The translations under genes and the position numbers were made by a program. Of a DNA stretch of 64,000 nucleotides, positions 40,140 through 51,243 are shown piece by piece (the stretch's first letter is position 1; every line of letters starts with the position of its first letter). Source of the DNA: Phoronis australis (taxonomy: Eukaryota; Animalia; Phoronida); assembly GCA_002633005.1 (NCBI GenBank), contig NMRA01000001.1, positions 500,625 to 564,624 on the forward strand, read 5' to 3'. The notes beneath the pieces are model-generated. The model was given only the letters and a program-made list of their open reading frames with translations. It ran no database searches and had not been told where the DNA came from.

Positions 40140-41510
40140 ACTTATGGGAGATTTTAAGAACTTGAGCCTTAGATGATTGTAAACTGATTGATGGTCCTGT
40201 GGCGCTGTTAACTGGATACTTCAACCCTAGTGTTTCATGTAATGTTTTGACTAGAGTTAACCAAGACATCATAATCGGAGCCGTAAAAACTATTTTAATT
40301 ATTTTTGCAGTTTAAAATTCTGCAAACAGCTGTTATTGGTAGAATTGGATAGAGTGCCAATACAGGGGAACTTACACGATACAACAAAAATGGCGGCTCT
40401 AGCAGTGTTGACTATGCGGTTGTGTCGCAGGAGCTTATGCTCAATATCTGAGATTTTGTGGTGGATCAAGTGCTTGCTTTTCAGACGTGAAGTGGCACTG
40501 CTGATGTGGTTCCAAGAATGGATCTGCCTATCATCTCTGATGACATTTTTTCTCTGACATACAATCTTCCCAACCGTCTGGTGCAGGCACAATGGACCAA
40601 CTTGCTTTGCGCTACTGCTGGAATGACGGAATCCGCGGCTCATTCGGCGAACAGTCTCTGACAATTGTATGTGAACACCTCGACGAGAAATTGAGGTAAA
40701 CAGACATTACGAACCAAATCTCCCTGGATACTCTATATCAGGAAATATGTCAAACTTTGTCAACTGATGTCACCTCTATTGGTGCCTCTAAAGTACAAAT
40801 ATACCAACAGGGGTCGTGTGGTTTGTAGTGATGGTAAGCCATGGTTTGATGATTGCAAGAACGGCAGTCAGATCTCATTACCTATGTATGACCAGACACT
40901 CAAAGTCCGATGCTAGTATGGTTAAATCCTTGGCAAAGGCGTACAAAAATACCAGAAAGAAAAAGTGATTTTAGAGTAAGACGTTTAATTTCCGCATTAA
41001 ACAAAGTAGGTCTGGCAGCTTCAGACAATACTGGAGTTGGCTTAACAGGGTTAGTGAGTCGTGTCCCATGTCAGCTAAAGTGGCTCTGGGTGGTTTTGAG
41101 AACTTTGTTAGAAAGCTCAACTGTATGAATTCCTAGGTTACTATCAGCGCCTTTGAGTCTCCGGCCAATGGTAAGTGAGCCTTTGAATGCTCAGTTTTCT
41201 CGCCAAGAAGTTGCTGATTCGATTCGATAACTTAAAAATGCCAAAGCCTGTGGCGTGGCTAAAATCCGGAATGAATAATTGAACTATTCATTCAGAGAAT
41301 TTACCTCGCTAATCACCGCTCTTCTTAATCGGGTATTAGACACTGACGTGGTACCATCGGACTGGTGAAAAGGAATCGTTATTCTGATATATAAAAACGG
41401 CCCAGGTACAGATTCTAATAATTTCAAAGGCATAATATTGCTCAGGTGTATTGGCAAACATTTCACAGCCTGCCTTAAAAATAGACCCAACTCTTTTTTC
41501 AGTGCTATTC
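40140..41510 (+). mobile_element. Heavily decayed RTE-X-like LINE (endonuclease, linker, start of RT)
   Basis: LLTGYFN, GELTRYNKNGGSSSVDYAVVS, KPWFDDC, LKNAKACG..IRNE, VPSDW*KGIVILIYK, NNFKGIILL.CIGKHFT. Confidence 0.8.
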
Positions 41511-42107
41511 ACTTAATCCAACGAGGCCCAAACGAGTGTAGCTCTGAGACCTAAGGAAGCTTGGCCACTAAATACGCTATTGTCTGCACACAAAATTGCT
41601 TAACGATACCACTATGCTCATCGTCAAGTTGTAATGTTAGGGATTGGTATCCAAACTGGCCACGAATGATTATTATAAGAATGACACAAAGTCACTTTCT
41701 CAGGAGGTTGCCAACTTTATTCGTCCTCTCACGCCATCTATTGTCCACGACAAAAAATCAATACACTGCAAACTCCAAAGCACTTTGGTAAAGATTCAAC
41801 ATTGTAAGGTAAGAGGCGAAATACAGCTTTACAATGCACATGTTGGTCAATGTACCCAAATGTGGAGCTGCATTTGACATAGCTAGGACTCACCGGGGTG
41901 GCAGAGATGAAATAAAAACGCTAAAAAATAGATATGAGCTGGAAAATCACTAAAAATCAATGTAGTGACCCTTCAAGAAATTTCCAAGTTGATTAAGGAA
42001 ATTTGAGTCAGTAACAGCTAAAATACTGCGAATCGTTGTAAGCACAAGTGCAGATAATGGAAAGAAGTATAATAATAATAATGGTTTAGAACATACTGGT
42101 AGTGATT

Positions 42108-42260
42108 TATACAAAAAAACGTACCGAGAGTGGCGTAGATAATAATATCCCACGAGATAGTATTCCGCGTATCGAACGAGACCAAAGGACGAGGTCGATG
42201 CGCTTAGTGAATAATGTCGAATGGGATATTATTTCATCTACTCTCGACTCAGTTTCGATC
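42108..42260 (+). repeat. Terminal fragment of the hairpin-rich repeat family
   Basis: TATACAAAAAAACGTACCGAGAGTGGCGTAGAT followed by an imperfect hairpin ATAATATCCCA ... TGGGATATTAT. Confidence 0.6.
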
Positions 42261-43046
42261 GAGTGTTGTGGTTATCAAATCAAGACAAATTTCATTTTTA
42301 CTTGGCGGAATTCTTCCGTACTTAAGTGATCGTTTTTGTCACTCTCCCACGACATCTAAATTTGATTTTCTCATGAGAACTCCGGATAGCCTACTTATTA
42401 AATTCGTCAATCACGCTCTCAAGCGTCATAATGTATTATCCAGTTTGAAACGTGGCGCCTAACAATGTTCTGTCTTGTACATGATATACTTGTGGCCTAT
42501 GGCCATGTGTATATGTCTCAATAAATCAAATATAAATATTTGTCATGTACCCTTTGCCATTGGTCTTGGATTGTAATCTTAACTTATTAACCTGTATCGA
42601 GTTGACAGCATAAACATTCAGTATTGATTGATGTAACTGTCACTGATAAACTTTTAGAAATCATTCCAAACAATAATAATGCTTTGATGTACGAAAAGAT
42701 ACCGATTGCTACGTCAAGTATCGTAACACATATCACAACAAACAAAGATTAACCCGACTGGCAACTGCCGCGAAGTCGACATCGGCTAGTACCTCAGTTA
42801 ACAGGCATCGGTAGAATAATCATGGAATAATCCTTAAAATACGCACAAACCTTACCTTTGTATGAGGTCGTGCTTACTTCCTCTCATAGAAGCACCCTTT
42901 TTACGCAATCTCAGATTTAGTTGGCACTGCTGCAAACCATTTCACCATGTATTTAAAGGGCTCGCGAAATCGAGGCTGTTAATCTATCACCACTAGTACA
43001 CACGCGCCCTCTAGTTATTGTACATTTTCCGAATAGCCCCATTCGA

Positions 43047-46000
43047 GTAGCTGCAGACTTAATCTAACATGGCGGCTCCCTTAGAGATGCTGTCAATAAA
43101 TGCTGCATACACTTTCATTGGAGATGAACACAGTTATGAGCACAGTGTGTGTCACCAGTTGGCATTTGCATCAAGTAACTTCAGGGATTGGCGAGGGTTC
43201 CAGGCAGTAAGATCACAAAGCATTTTATACAAGCTTACTGGCGTTACAAAGATTGAAAGAGCAAAGAGGAAAGATTGCGAAACTATAAAGCATGCCAAGA
43301 ATAGAACCCCCTGATTACGACCAAGATGATGGTGAATGTTAAATTTTTCCTGGAAGTATGATAAATTGATGCAAGTCACTGAGTCAGTGCCTCAATAGGA
43401 AACAGGTCACTTCATACCCAAGTCAACACGTACCCAAGTTAAATTTCAAAAGTATTTCAAAACTATGTAATTTGGCAAAGCAGTTATTAAAATCAATCAA
43501 TCGTGCCATATTTATGCAAAGCGACTCAATATTATCCGTTATTTAGTGAATGAAAATGAAATTTATTAGTAATGTTTTAGCACGGGTACTAGTTGACTTA
43601 GGTGCGAGTTGGCTAAGGTAAGAACTGACTGGAAACCCTCATATGCACAACTCGTAAAAAGACTGTGTTCCCTGGATTCTGTGTCTGGCCTGCTTGTGTT
43701 TGAATCGAGCATCCACATAATTCACTGAATAATCGGCCCGTGTGATGGCATTCAAATGCAGGTATGACACATAATCCAGTAACAAGGTGACCATTTTCTT
43801 CAGTGTAGATTGTTATTTTCTCAGTAACCATAACTCTGGGCACGGTGTAAGATATCTACCAAAATTATACTTTTTGTAATGTCCAGGGCTGGGGGAGAGG
43901 TAATCTCCATACTCGAAGCTCAGCTCGAAAACTGACCAATTGCATGCCACAATTCTAGTAAATTCACTTGAATTGCGCACTGTGGATAGTTAGGCTTTGA
44001 GTGTGAGCTTGGAGATTACACCCTGGGCCCAGGTGATTGGCCTTCAATGTCATTATTGAAATCAAATAGATGTTGGAATGCCGTGTGGTTACCGATGAAT
44101 AAAAATATAAAATAGTCCATAGCACACCCTTGACAAAAAGCGCATCGCTCGAAACGTGGGGATATTTTAATTTATTTAGTACAGACGCTCGTCGTTTTAG
44201 TTTTACTAGTCCTATTATAATGTAGTTATTGACTACAGAATGCACCTATATCTGGAGCACCACCTTTAACATTTTCAAGCTACTTTTACTCTCAGGTTTC
44301 GCTAAAAGGCGCATTGGTGCCTGAGATTTTACTCATTCAACATAGTTTGTTGTTGGTTTGCTTTCAAAGTAATTTTGTACAGTGTTGTTGGAACACTATC
44401 GTCAAAAGCTGTACTTTTATGTGTTTTTGAAATAACAACATTTATTTGAGTGAAAGTATAATTTAGAATACTTGCATGATTGTAAAGACTTTTGTGCAGC
44501 CATATCTGAAATTGTATGTTAATTTTCATACAAAAATTTGTTTTCAAGACCATTTTGCATACAAACCCATGGGTATCTTTTTCACTTTTGAGCACAGCCG
44601 GTTAGATCTTATATGTACACGTATTGAGTTTTTCCTATCTGTCTTATGATCATTCTTTGTACTTCCATTTGATTATTGTAATAAAGAATCAAGTACATGT
44701 CAACATCTATCGTTTTGTGGGACAAGTCTACAATGCTTTCCATATTTTTAAACTCTGACAACGGTTTTTACTTCAAATTTCACAAAAATGTGCAAGTTTA
44801 AACGTGGGAACTTTTTTGATTCATAAAGTACAATGATTTGTGACATCAAAAACACCTGGGCCCGGTCTCCAATCTCCGTACTCAGACTCATACTCATACT
44901 CGAGATTTCATACTCAAAATCGTGCTCACTGGAGTCGTACTCAAAAAAGCGTATCTAATGTCGTATTTCGAGTAGACTCCAAACGTACTCAAATCTGACA
45001 CTCATACTCGAGTTGGTAAGGAACTCTTTATGATGTGAAATGCAAAATCACGCAAAGCCGCGCTGATTCATCGCTCCCTATTGGAATAGACCACCCCAAG
45101 AACTAGGCCTACATTATCGTCTGCTGTCGCTACAACTACAAGAGTATGTCTATAACGTGGAATTCTGAGTGTTCTGTAACTGTTATTCATTTTTTAGTTT
45201 CAATAAATATTCTTATGCCATTTCTTTGATACATTTGGCAATTACTAAGCTTTACTTCTTAAGTTCCTCACCCAGTCCCGAAAATGTCTTAAGGAATTTG
45301 TAACAGCTTATCACATCACATCTCCGTTGCTAATTTAGTCTTGACACAAAACCCATTGCTGTGTAGGCCTACGCTGATGTCAAACTTTGATACTGTATCT
45401 TCGTATTTTTCCGGGATGTAACAAGTGAGTTGACATTTGGCACGTGAGTTAAAAAACAATACTTGTGCAGGCATTCAGAGTTCACCAGTGGCAGTGAACG
45501 GGACGAGACGTCTACTTAGAAATCGGCAAACAAAATCTGAAATTCCATTTGGGAATTGAGGAATTATAGATGAATAAGTTATGATGAGAAATGTACCTGA
45601 TAGTGAAGCGAACTTTTTTAACTTCCCTCCCCTCCTCATCTTTTGGAAACCCTACAAAACGTAGGCACACATACCGAAATAATGGCAGCACAAACTTCTC
45701 ACACGACTCTTCTCACAACTGCTTTCGACGCTTGTTATGACTCGCCGACAAGGGGATTACAATGCGCCTGTTGCGGCCAGGAACTGTAGAGGTAGAATGG
45801 CGGCCATAACATACAGTGATACGGCGGGTTAATAAGGTGAAGAATAAGAAGATTTAAGATGAAAACTATTATCTCTGAACTGAAATTGAAGTGCTGAGAT
45901 ACGGTAAGAGAAATTATTTTTTTAGATTTGCTGTGTTTCTTGGTTCTCTTTCGATATTTTGTTCTCTGGCTCGTATTTATTTTCGAGTACGTTTTCAAGC

Positions 46001-46304
46001 ACACTGCCATACCAAACTTGAAATTTGAGCATAGACTCCAAATTTTTACTCAAAATCGTACTCGAAATATAGATGAGATACACTTCAGTTCGAGTACACT
46101 CGAAAACTGAGTACATGCTCGAAATTTCGAGTACAGATTTTTTGAGTATGACATTGAATACACCAAAGCTGATTCTGTACTCGAGCTGAGTATGAAGTAT
46201 GAGTTTGAGCATGATTCGAGTCTGAGTACGGAGATTGGAGACCGGGCCCAGATTTAAATTGCCCCATGGTCACTGATGTGGTTTTCTAGGCCTCCTGTGG
46301 CCTA
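43047..46304 (+). mobile_element. Academ-like derivative, copy 2 (left-truncated, internally deleted, interrupted)
   Basis: 43047-44770 closely matches 11811-13710, then jumps to the right-end sequence. Resumes after the nested element and ends GTGGCCTA at 46304. Confidence 0.75.
44859..46248. mobile_element. PIF/Harbinger-like non-autonomous element nested in Academ-like copy 2
   Basis: TIR GGCCCGGTCTCCAATCTCCGTACTCAGACTC is perfect at both ends. Flanks are CTG and CAG. The empty site CACCTGAATT is visible in copy 1 near 14880. Confidence 0.9.
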
Positions 46305-48660
46305 CGGCCCATGGCCTATTTCGGGCTCTCGAGGAAGTCGAAAAAACGATATACCCGTTTCCTTCGCGGCTTCATAATTCGGACAAGCGGGAACGATGCA
46401 TCGCGATATAGCGGCATTCACTCTGCAGACCAACCACTGACGTCGCTGAGTCGTTTCTCACCTTCCTCACGGGTTAACGCGACACCTCCCGGCAAGGTGA
46501 GGTCGACCGTATGCGGGGCGATGTGGATACAGACTGATTAAGACGGTAAAAAGACTAATTAAATCGGGTGGCATTCTCCTTTAACACATGTAGCTGGCTT
46601 TACGTCAAAACTATAAGAGGACATCATTACCGGGAAGGAGAATATACGATTTCGTAAGTAATTGCAGAATTACTGCTTAAGAGTTCTCTGAATTGCGTCA
46701 ATGGCGTAATTGTGGTTTGAATTGTTGACTCCAGCGAGCGCTTTCGGCAATTACCATACGCGTAGTAAGCGGGGTATACCTTTGATGTATGAGATGGCGT
46801 TGAAGTCGCGAGTGCTTGGGCAACAGTTGGTCTCACTCCAGTCACTTCATCAAACCACTGTTCGTGAGTACCAGCGCGGTTAAGTCTTTTGCATGCGGTA
46901 GATTTTGGTTCTGCAGCGAGTTCTAGCGAAATCGCGTAAGATTGCCAAACTCGTCATGGCAAAATACAAACTTGTTGTCGCGATGAGCGCTTGGAAATGA
47001 ATTGTCGACCCATGTAAAATTGGCCAAGTATTGTAGACCAGTATATTTTGCGACCATGTTCCTAACACTGCAGTAGTTGCCATGGCCCACTTGAAAGCAG
47101 CCAGTTTTAGGGCACTCCCTGAATTCCCGCTATTAGCTGACTAGTTAGCATGGAAATAAATTACGCGTTTCATGGTATGAGAATTAGTGTTATCGAGAAA
47201 CAATCGTTGTATGATAAAATTGTTATTGTGAAAAGCGGTGGGTTGTTCTTGTAAACTACTGAGATTGTCATTGCTCCGGCGAGACCATGTTTGCCATGAC
47301 AAGTCTACATGTACTTTTTAGTCTGATCTCAAGCAGCAATGAACTGTTCAGTGGCAGGTCAACGTTTTAAGTAAAGGTAGGGGCTTAGGATTCGCGCGAA
47401 TCCGAGGCGCGAACCACCGAACGGGGGAGGTCTACCCCCTCCCGTTTAAGTTGTTTAAACCTGTCCCGGGGGTTAAAACCCCTGAACCCTCCCCTCCCTC
47501 AGGAGACCCACCTCTGCAGTCAGCTCTGTCAAATCTCCGAAATCACGCCGGATGTGACGAAGGAACTAATTGAGATCAATTCCATCCGGGTAAGTGGACT
47601 AAAGCTTGGTTTCTGTCACGCCAGGCACGTTTATAACCGTTTTAAGCAAGTATAGCATACAACAACTTTACCAGGGAGCTCGAAGCTGTTTCATGGCATT
47701 AGTCCGAAGTGCACCTTTGGACCAGTGCACCATTCCGAAAATATTTCGGACTCGCATGATTTTCTCATATTTTTGTACGTGCAATCATGCGGACGGTTGA
47801 CGATGATTTCCCGATGACTTCGAGTACAATGGCGCCTCCTGGTGGCAGTTTTTTTTTTTTGAAAAGTTTGTATCCGATCCGCCAAAACCTTACATTGTCT
47901 TTTGAGTATCCCATTGTTGCGGTGTTATCGAGGGTAAACCATTCTGCCTCACCTAAAAACAGTAAGAATGCTATGTTGTCTAAGGGAAACGTGCCATCTA
48001 CTACCACCCTATTAAACCCAAGTGCCTGAATTCTCTAAACCTTTCAAAGCATCGATCACGCGTGGTGCGACACCAACATCCTTGTACTTCCAAATCTGTC
48101 TCCATATCCGCTTCGCACTCTTTTCGCCCGACCTATTCTTCATCTCTGTCATTTCGTTCTACTTTTGATTTCTTCTTAAACTGACTCTTTCTCGTGAAGA
48201 TAACGTTTGCTTGAACTAGTTTGACACAATTTTGAAGCCTTCCCCCAAAACAGTGTTAGAGATGCACCCATAATTTTTTACTGCGAAACATTCCAAACAT
48301 CTGTGTTTATACAGTGTTAGATCTCTAATCCTTAGTACTTGATCGCCGTGATTTACGATGCCGTGGCCAATTCCTTCAGCAAAGTGATCTATGCTCAAAA
48401 TGGTCATTGAAAATGGCAAAACATACCTGTGTTCTCACTTTTTAAGACTAATACACCATTTGCAAATGCATGCAGTCTTTCTCAAGTCATCTATCCAACT
48501 ATTGTCTTTGGCAGAGTTGTTTTGTCAGGAGTGGACTGACAGTGTTCTTAGTTTTATTATTTTGTTCTCTTGTTCTGTTTGTGTTCTAGCAGATAGTTAT
48601 TGATTGATATCACCCCTGAGGTCAGAACAGTGATGATGTAATTTATTCACCACATAATAG

Positions 48661-49108
48661 TGTGGAACATTCTAGAAGATTCTAGCATGTAAATGATTAA
48701 TGAAGTGTGAAATATTCTAGAGCCTAATATATGTTTGTAGAATGATTGGGTAAATTCCAAAAAGTTATAGAATGTGCTTGAATTGATGATAGTTCTAAAA
48801 CATTGCATGAATTTGTAAATAACCAAGGATGGGTTTGTGACAGGGAGTTAAAACGTGAGTTAAAAAGTTGAAAGTAAGTTGGAAGTTAGTTACAAGAGAG
48901 TTACAGTTGAGTTGAAAGTGTTCCAGAAATTCATCACGACTCAAAGCTTCGCAGCACCGGCTGGAGCATAGAACAGACATTACGTCGGACGTTTTGTTTG
49001 AATAGGCTTTTGAACGCACGGCTAGGATTAATAAAGTGAAGCAGTCTTCAGTCTATCGTGGCACCGAAAGCTACTGTTCGAATTAGTGACTCACTATGAA
49101 ATCCCACA
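48661..49108 (+). mobile_element. Probable solo LTR (Gypsy-like)
   Basis: TGTGG...CCACA inverted termini, 448 bp, AATAAA near 49030. Flanks ATAG/ATTG give a 4-bp TSD with one mismatch. Confidence 0.65.
48664..48683. promoter_or_regulatory. Perfect four-unit heat-shock element
   Basis: gGAAcaTTCtaGAAgaTTCt is four alternating nGAAn pentamers. Confidence 0.6.
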
Positions 49109-50365
49109 ATTGCCACCAAGCTTAAATTACAACAAGAAGTAAACAGACAGAAGTCTAAATTGTAAGAAAAACGTCAAGGTAGGCAAAATCCACGAAACCA
49201 GCCCATGCGATCGTCTATTCTATGTTCGTTTCACGGTAGGAGGACTTGAGTTAAAGAATGAAGGTACACCTACACTTAAGAATTTACGGGGGAAATCGGA
49301 GGGGTAGGTGGCGCTACGGACATTCGACCTTTTTTGGTCGACGAACTTTTATATGCCAGACAGGATAGGAAACCTCGTACGCCTGAGATTTTCAGTTTTG
49401 AACATTCTGTCAATTGTTGCGATGCATCGGCCTTTTGGGATGATTTTTGCGTTTTGATCGCGAATTTGTTGCAAACTCGCTGGGGCAGGACACTGTAAAT
49501 GCTATCAGGAGAAAGAACAATCACCCACAGTTTGCTGAATCCCGATTTTGTGTAAATTCATTGAGATTGATGTTTGATATGGACGGCTGAAGCGAAACGT
49601 CCGTGGAAATCCTATCCTATAGTGTATTGGGGACGATCAGTAGCTAAGGATGCCTGTGCGCTTAGTTTATCTGTCAGAATAATTAGATTCTGCTAATTAC
49701 GTTCCCATTATATAAAATAGTGTTAAAAACGTCCAAAATTAGAGAAGTGCGAGGCATGGTTTCGCATTATTTCTCTCGGTGAATTAAAAAATGTCGGAGA
49801 TGACATCCGGTTTCGAATAGAGAAGTTTTATCGTTTCAACAGCTTGATATAAACAGTTTCATAACTGGCCAGTCAGCAGGATAGTTTACACAAATTAAGT
49901 ATGCTAACGGTGCCTTTGTGCACCAATCTTGACCATTCTCTTTGTAAAGTGCGGTGCTTTTTGAGTTTTCATTCACCAGTGTTGGTGGCGATGTGAACTG
50001 TGAGTATAGACCCTATTCACGCCGACAGGAGGCGCGTTCCAAAACGAGGCTCGCTACGATAGCTCTGGTGGCTTATCCGCGTAGTTGTACTCCGCGTTGC
50101 TCGAACAGCTAGAAAAAATACGGACACTCTGTTTTACAATCCCTAAGTAGGCTACGTTGGGATTCGGAAGCGTTGGGTCCTTGCCATACGCCGCGACGAA
50201 GGAAAATATGTCCATGTAAAATTTATAACTGTTTTCAAATCATAATTTGTCGCATCTCGGACTGGATGCCGCCATAGCAACGAGGACCGGAGAATCTTCG
50301 GCCTGCCAGGCTGTGTTTTCATGACTATGGGTTGAAGCGCAATGCATTTTTCTTTACAAAAAGGA

Positions 50366-51053
50366 CAGGGCCCTCAATCCCTCAATTTTGGGGCCAAATA
50401 TCGGCCCTATATCCCTCTCAAAAATATTGAAAAATCACGCGAAATTCCCGGCCACGAGGCCTAAAAATCCCCTTTGTGATTGAAAATTTCTCTCCAACGG
50501 TTCAAATCACCTGTGACCATGCACAGAGGTGACAATTTGAAAAAGTACAAAATCATAGGCGGATTTAGGGGGGGCAGCGGAACGCCCCCCCCCCCTTGAC
50601 TGCCGCAACCAAAGTAAACCAGCAAAATGGGAAGAGGGAGGAAACTTGTACTGAGTTCGAGCTAGGACCGGTAGCGGACGAGGGGGGAAAACACGTTCCG
50701 TTTTATTTTTTTTAGTCCAACGACAGATTTTCTGAGCAGAAGGTAAACATCCTCGGCGCCCACAACTTCCGGGCCGCCTGCGTGCATACAATCGCGCTTT
50801 GCCCGCTTCTCCGAGGATGTCGCCCCCGGCCCCCTCGATCACTATAGGCCTATATGGTATCCTAGATCAGCCACTGAAAATGCTATTTGAGACAGAGCTA
50901 TGAGAGCTTGCAAAAGGGCGGGGTGCTATTGATGGTGATCGGGAGGTCAGTGGAGTTTTCACTGACCCGTCACTCGGCGAAACGTTCCCCCCTCAGTCGG
51001 AAGGCCGCTCACACATGAGGCACCTTTCCCCTCGGATATGAACGAGGCCTCTG
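50366..51053 (+). mobile_element. MITE family B nested in family A
   Basis: CAGGGCCCTCAA ... AACGAGGCCTCTG, homologous to the stand-alone copy at 30116-30432. Confidence 0.75.
50554..50876. mobile_element. hAT5-like MITE nested in family B
   Basis: CATAGGCGGATTTAGG ... CCTAGATCAGCCACTG, with AAAAT on both flanks. Confidence 0.8.
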
Positions 51054-51079
51054 AAGAAACATGATATCTATGCTTGTTC

Positions 51080-51243
51080 CAGGGGGGATCCAGGACTTTG
51101 AGTTGGGGGGGGGGGGCAAGGCAGAGTATTAGCCAGGATTTTGCCCGTCAGAAATTCGCGTTCCTGAACTGCCAAATAGAATGGGAGAATTTTAGGAGGA
51201 GGCTGGGGCATAGCCCCTTGGCTCCCCTCTAAATCCGCCACTG
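51080..51243 (+). mobile_element. hAT5-like MITE nested in family A
   Basis: Homolog of 1870-2026. Flanks TGTTC/TGCTC. Absent from family A copy 1 near 19655. Confidence 0.8.

Noticed and set aside
46620-47130. Coding-looking stretch with overlapping short ORFs
   Set aside because: Stops in the frames I translated and no motif I recognise.
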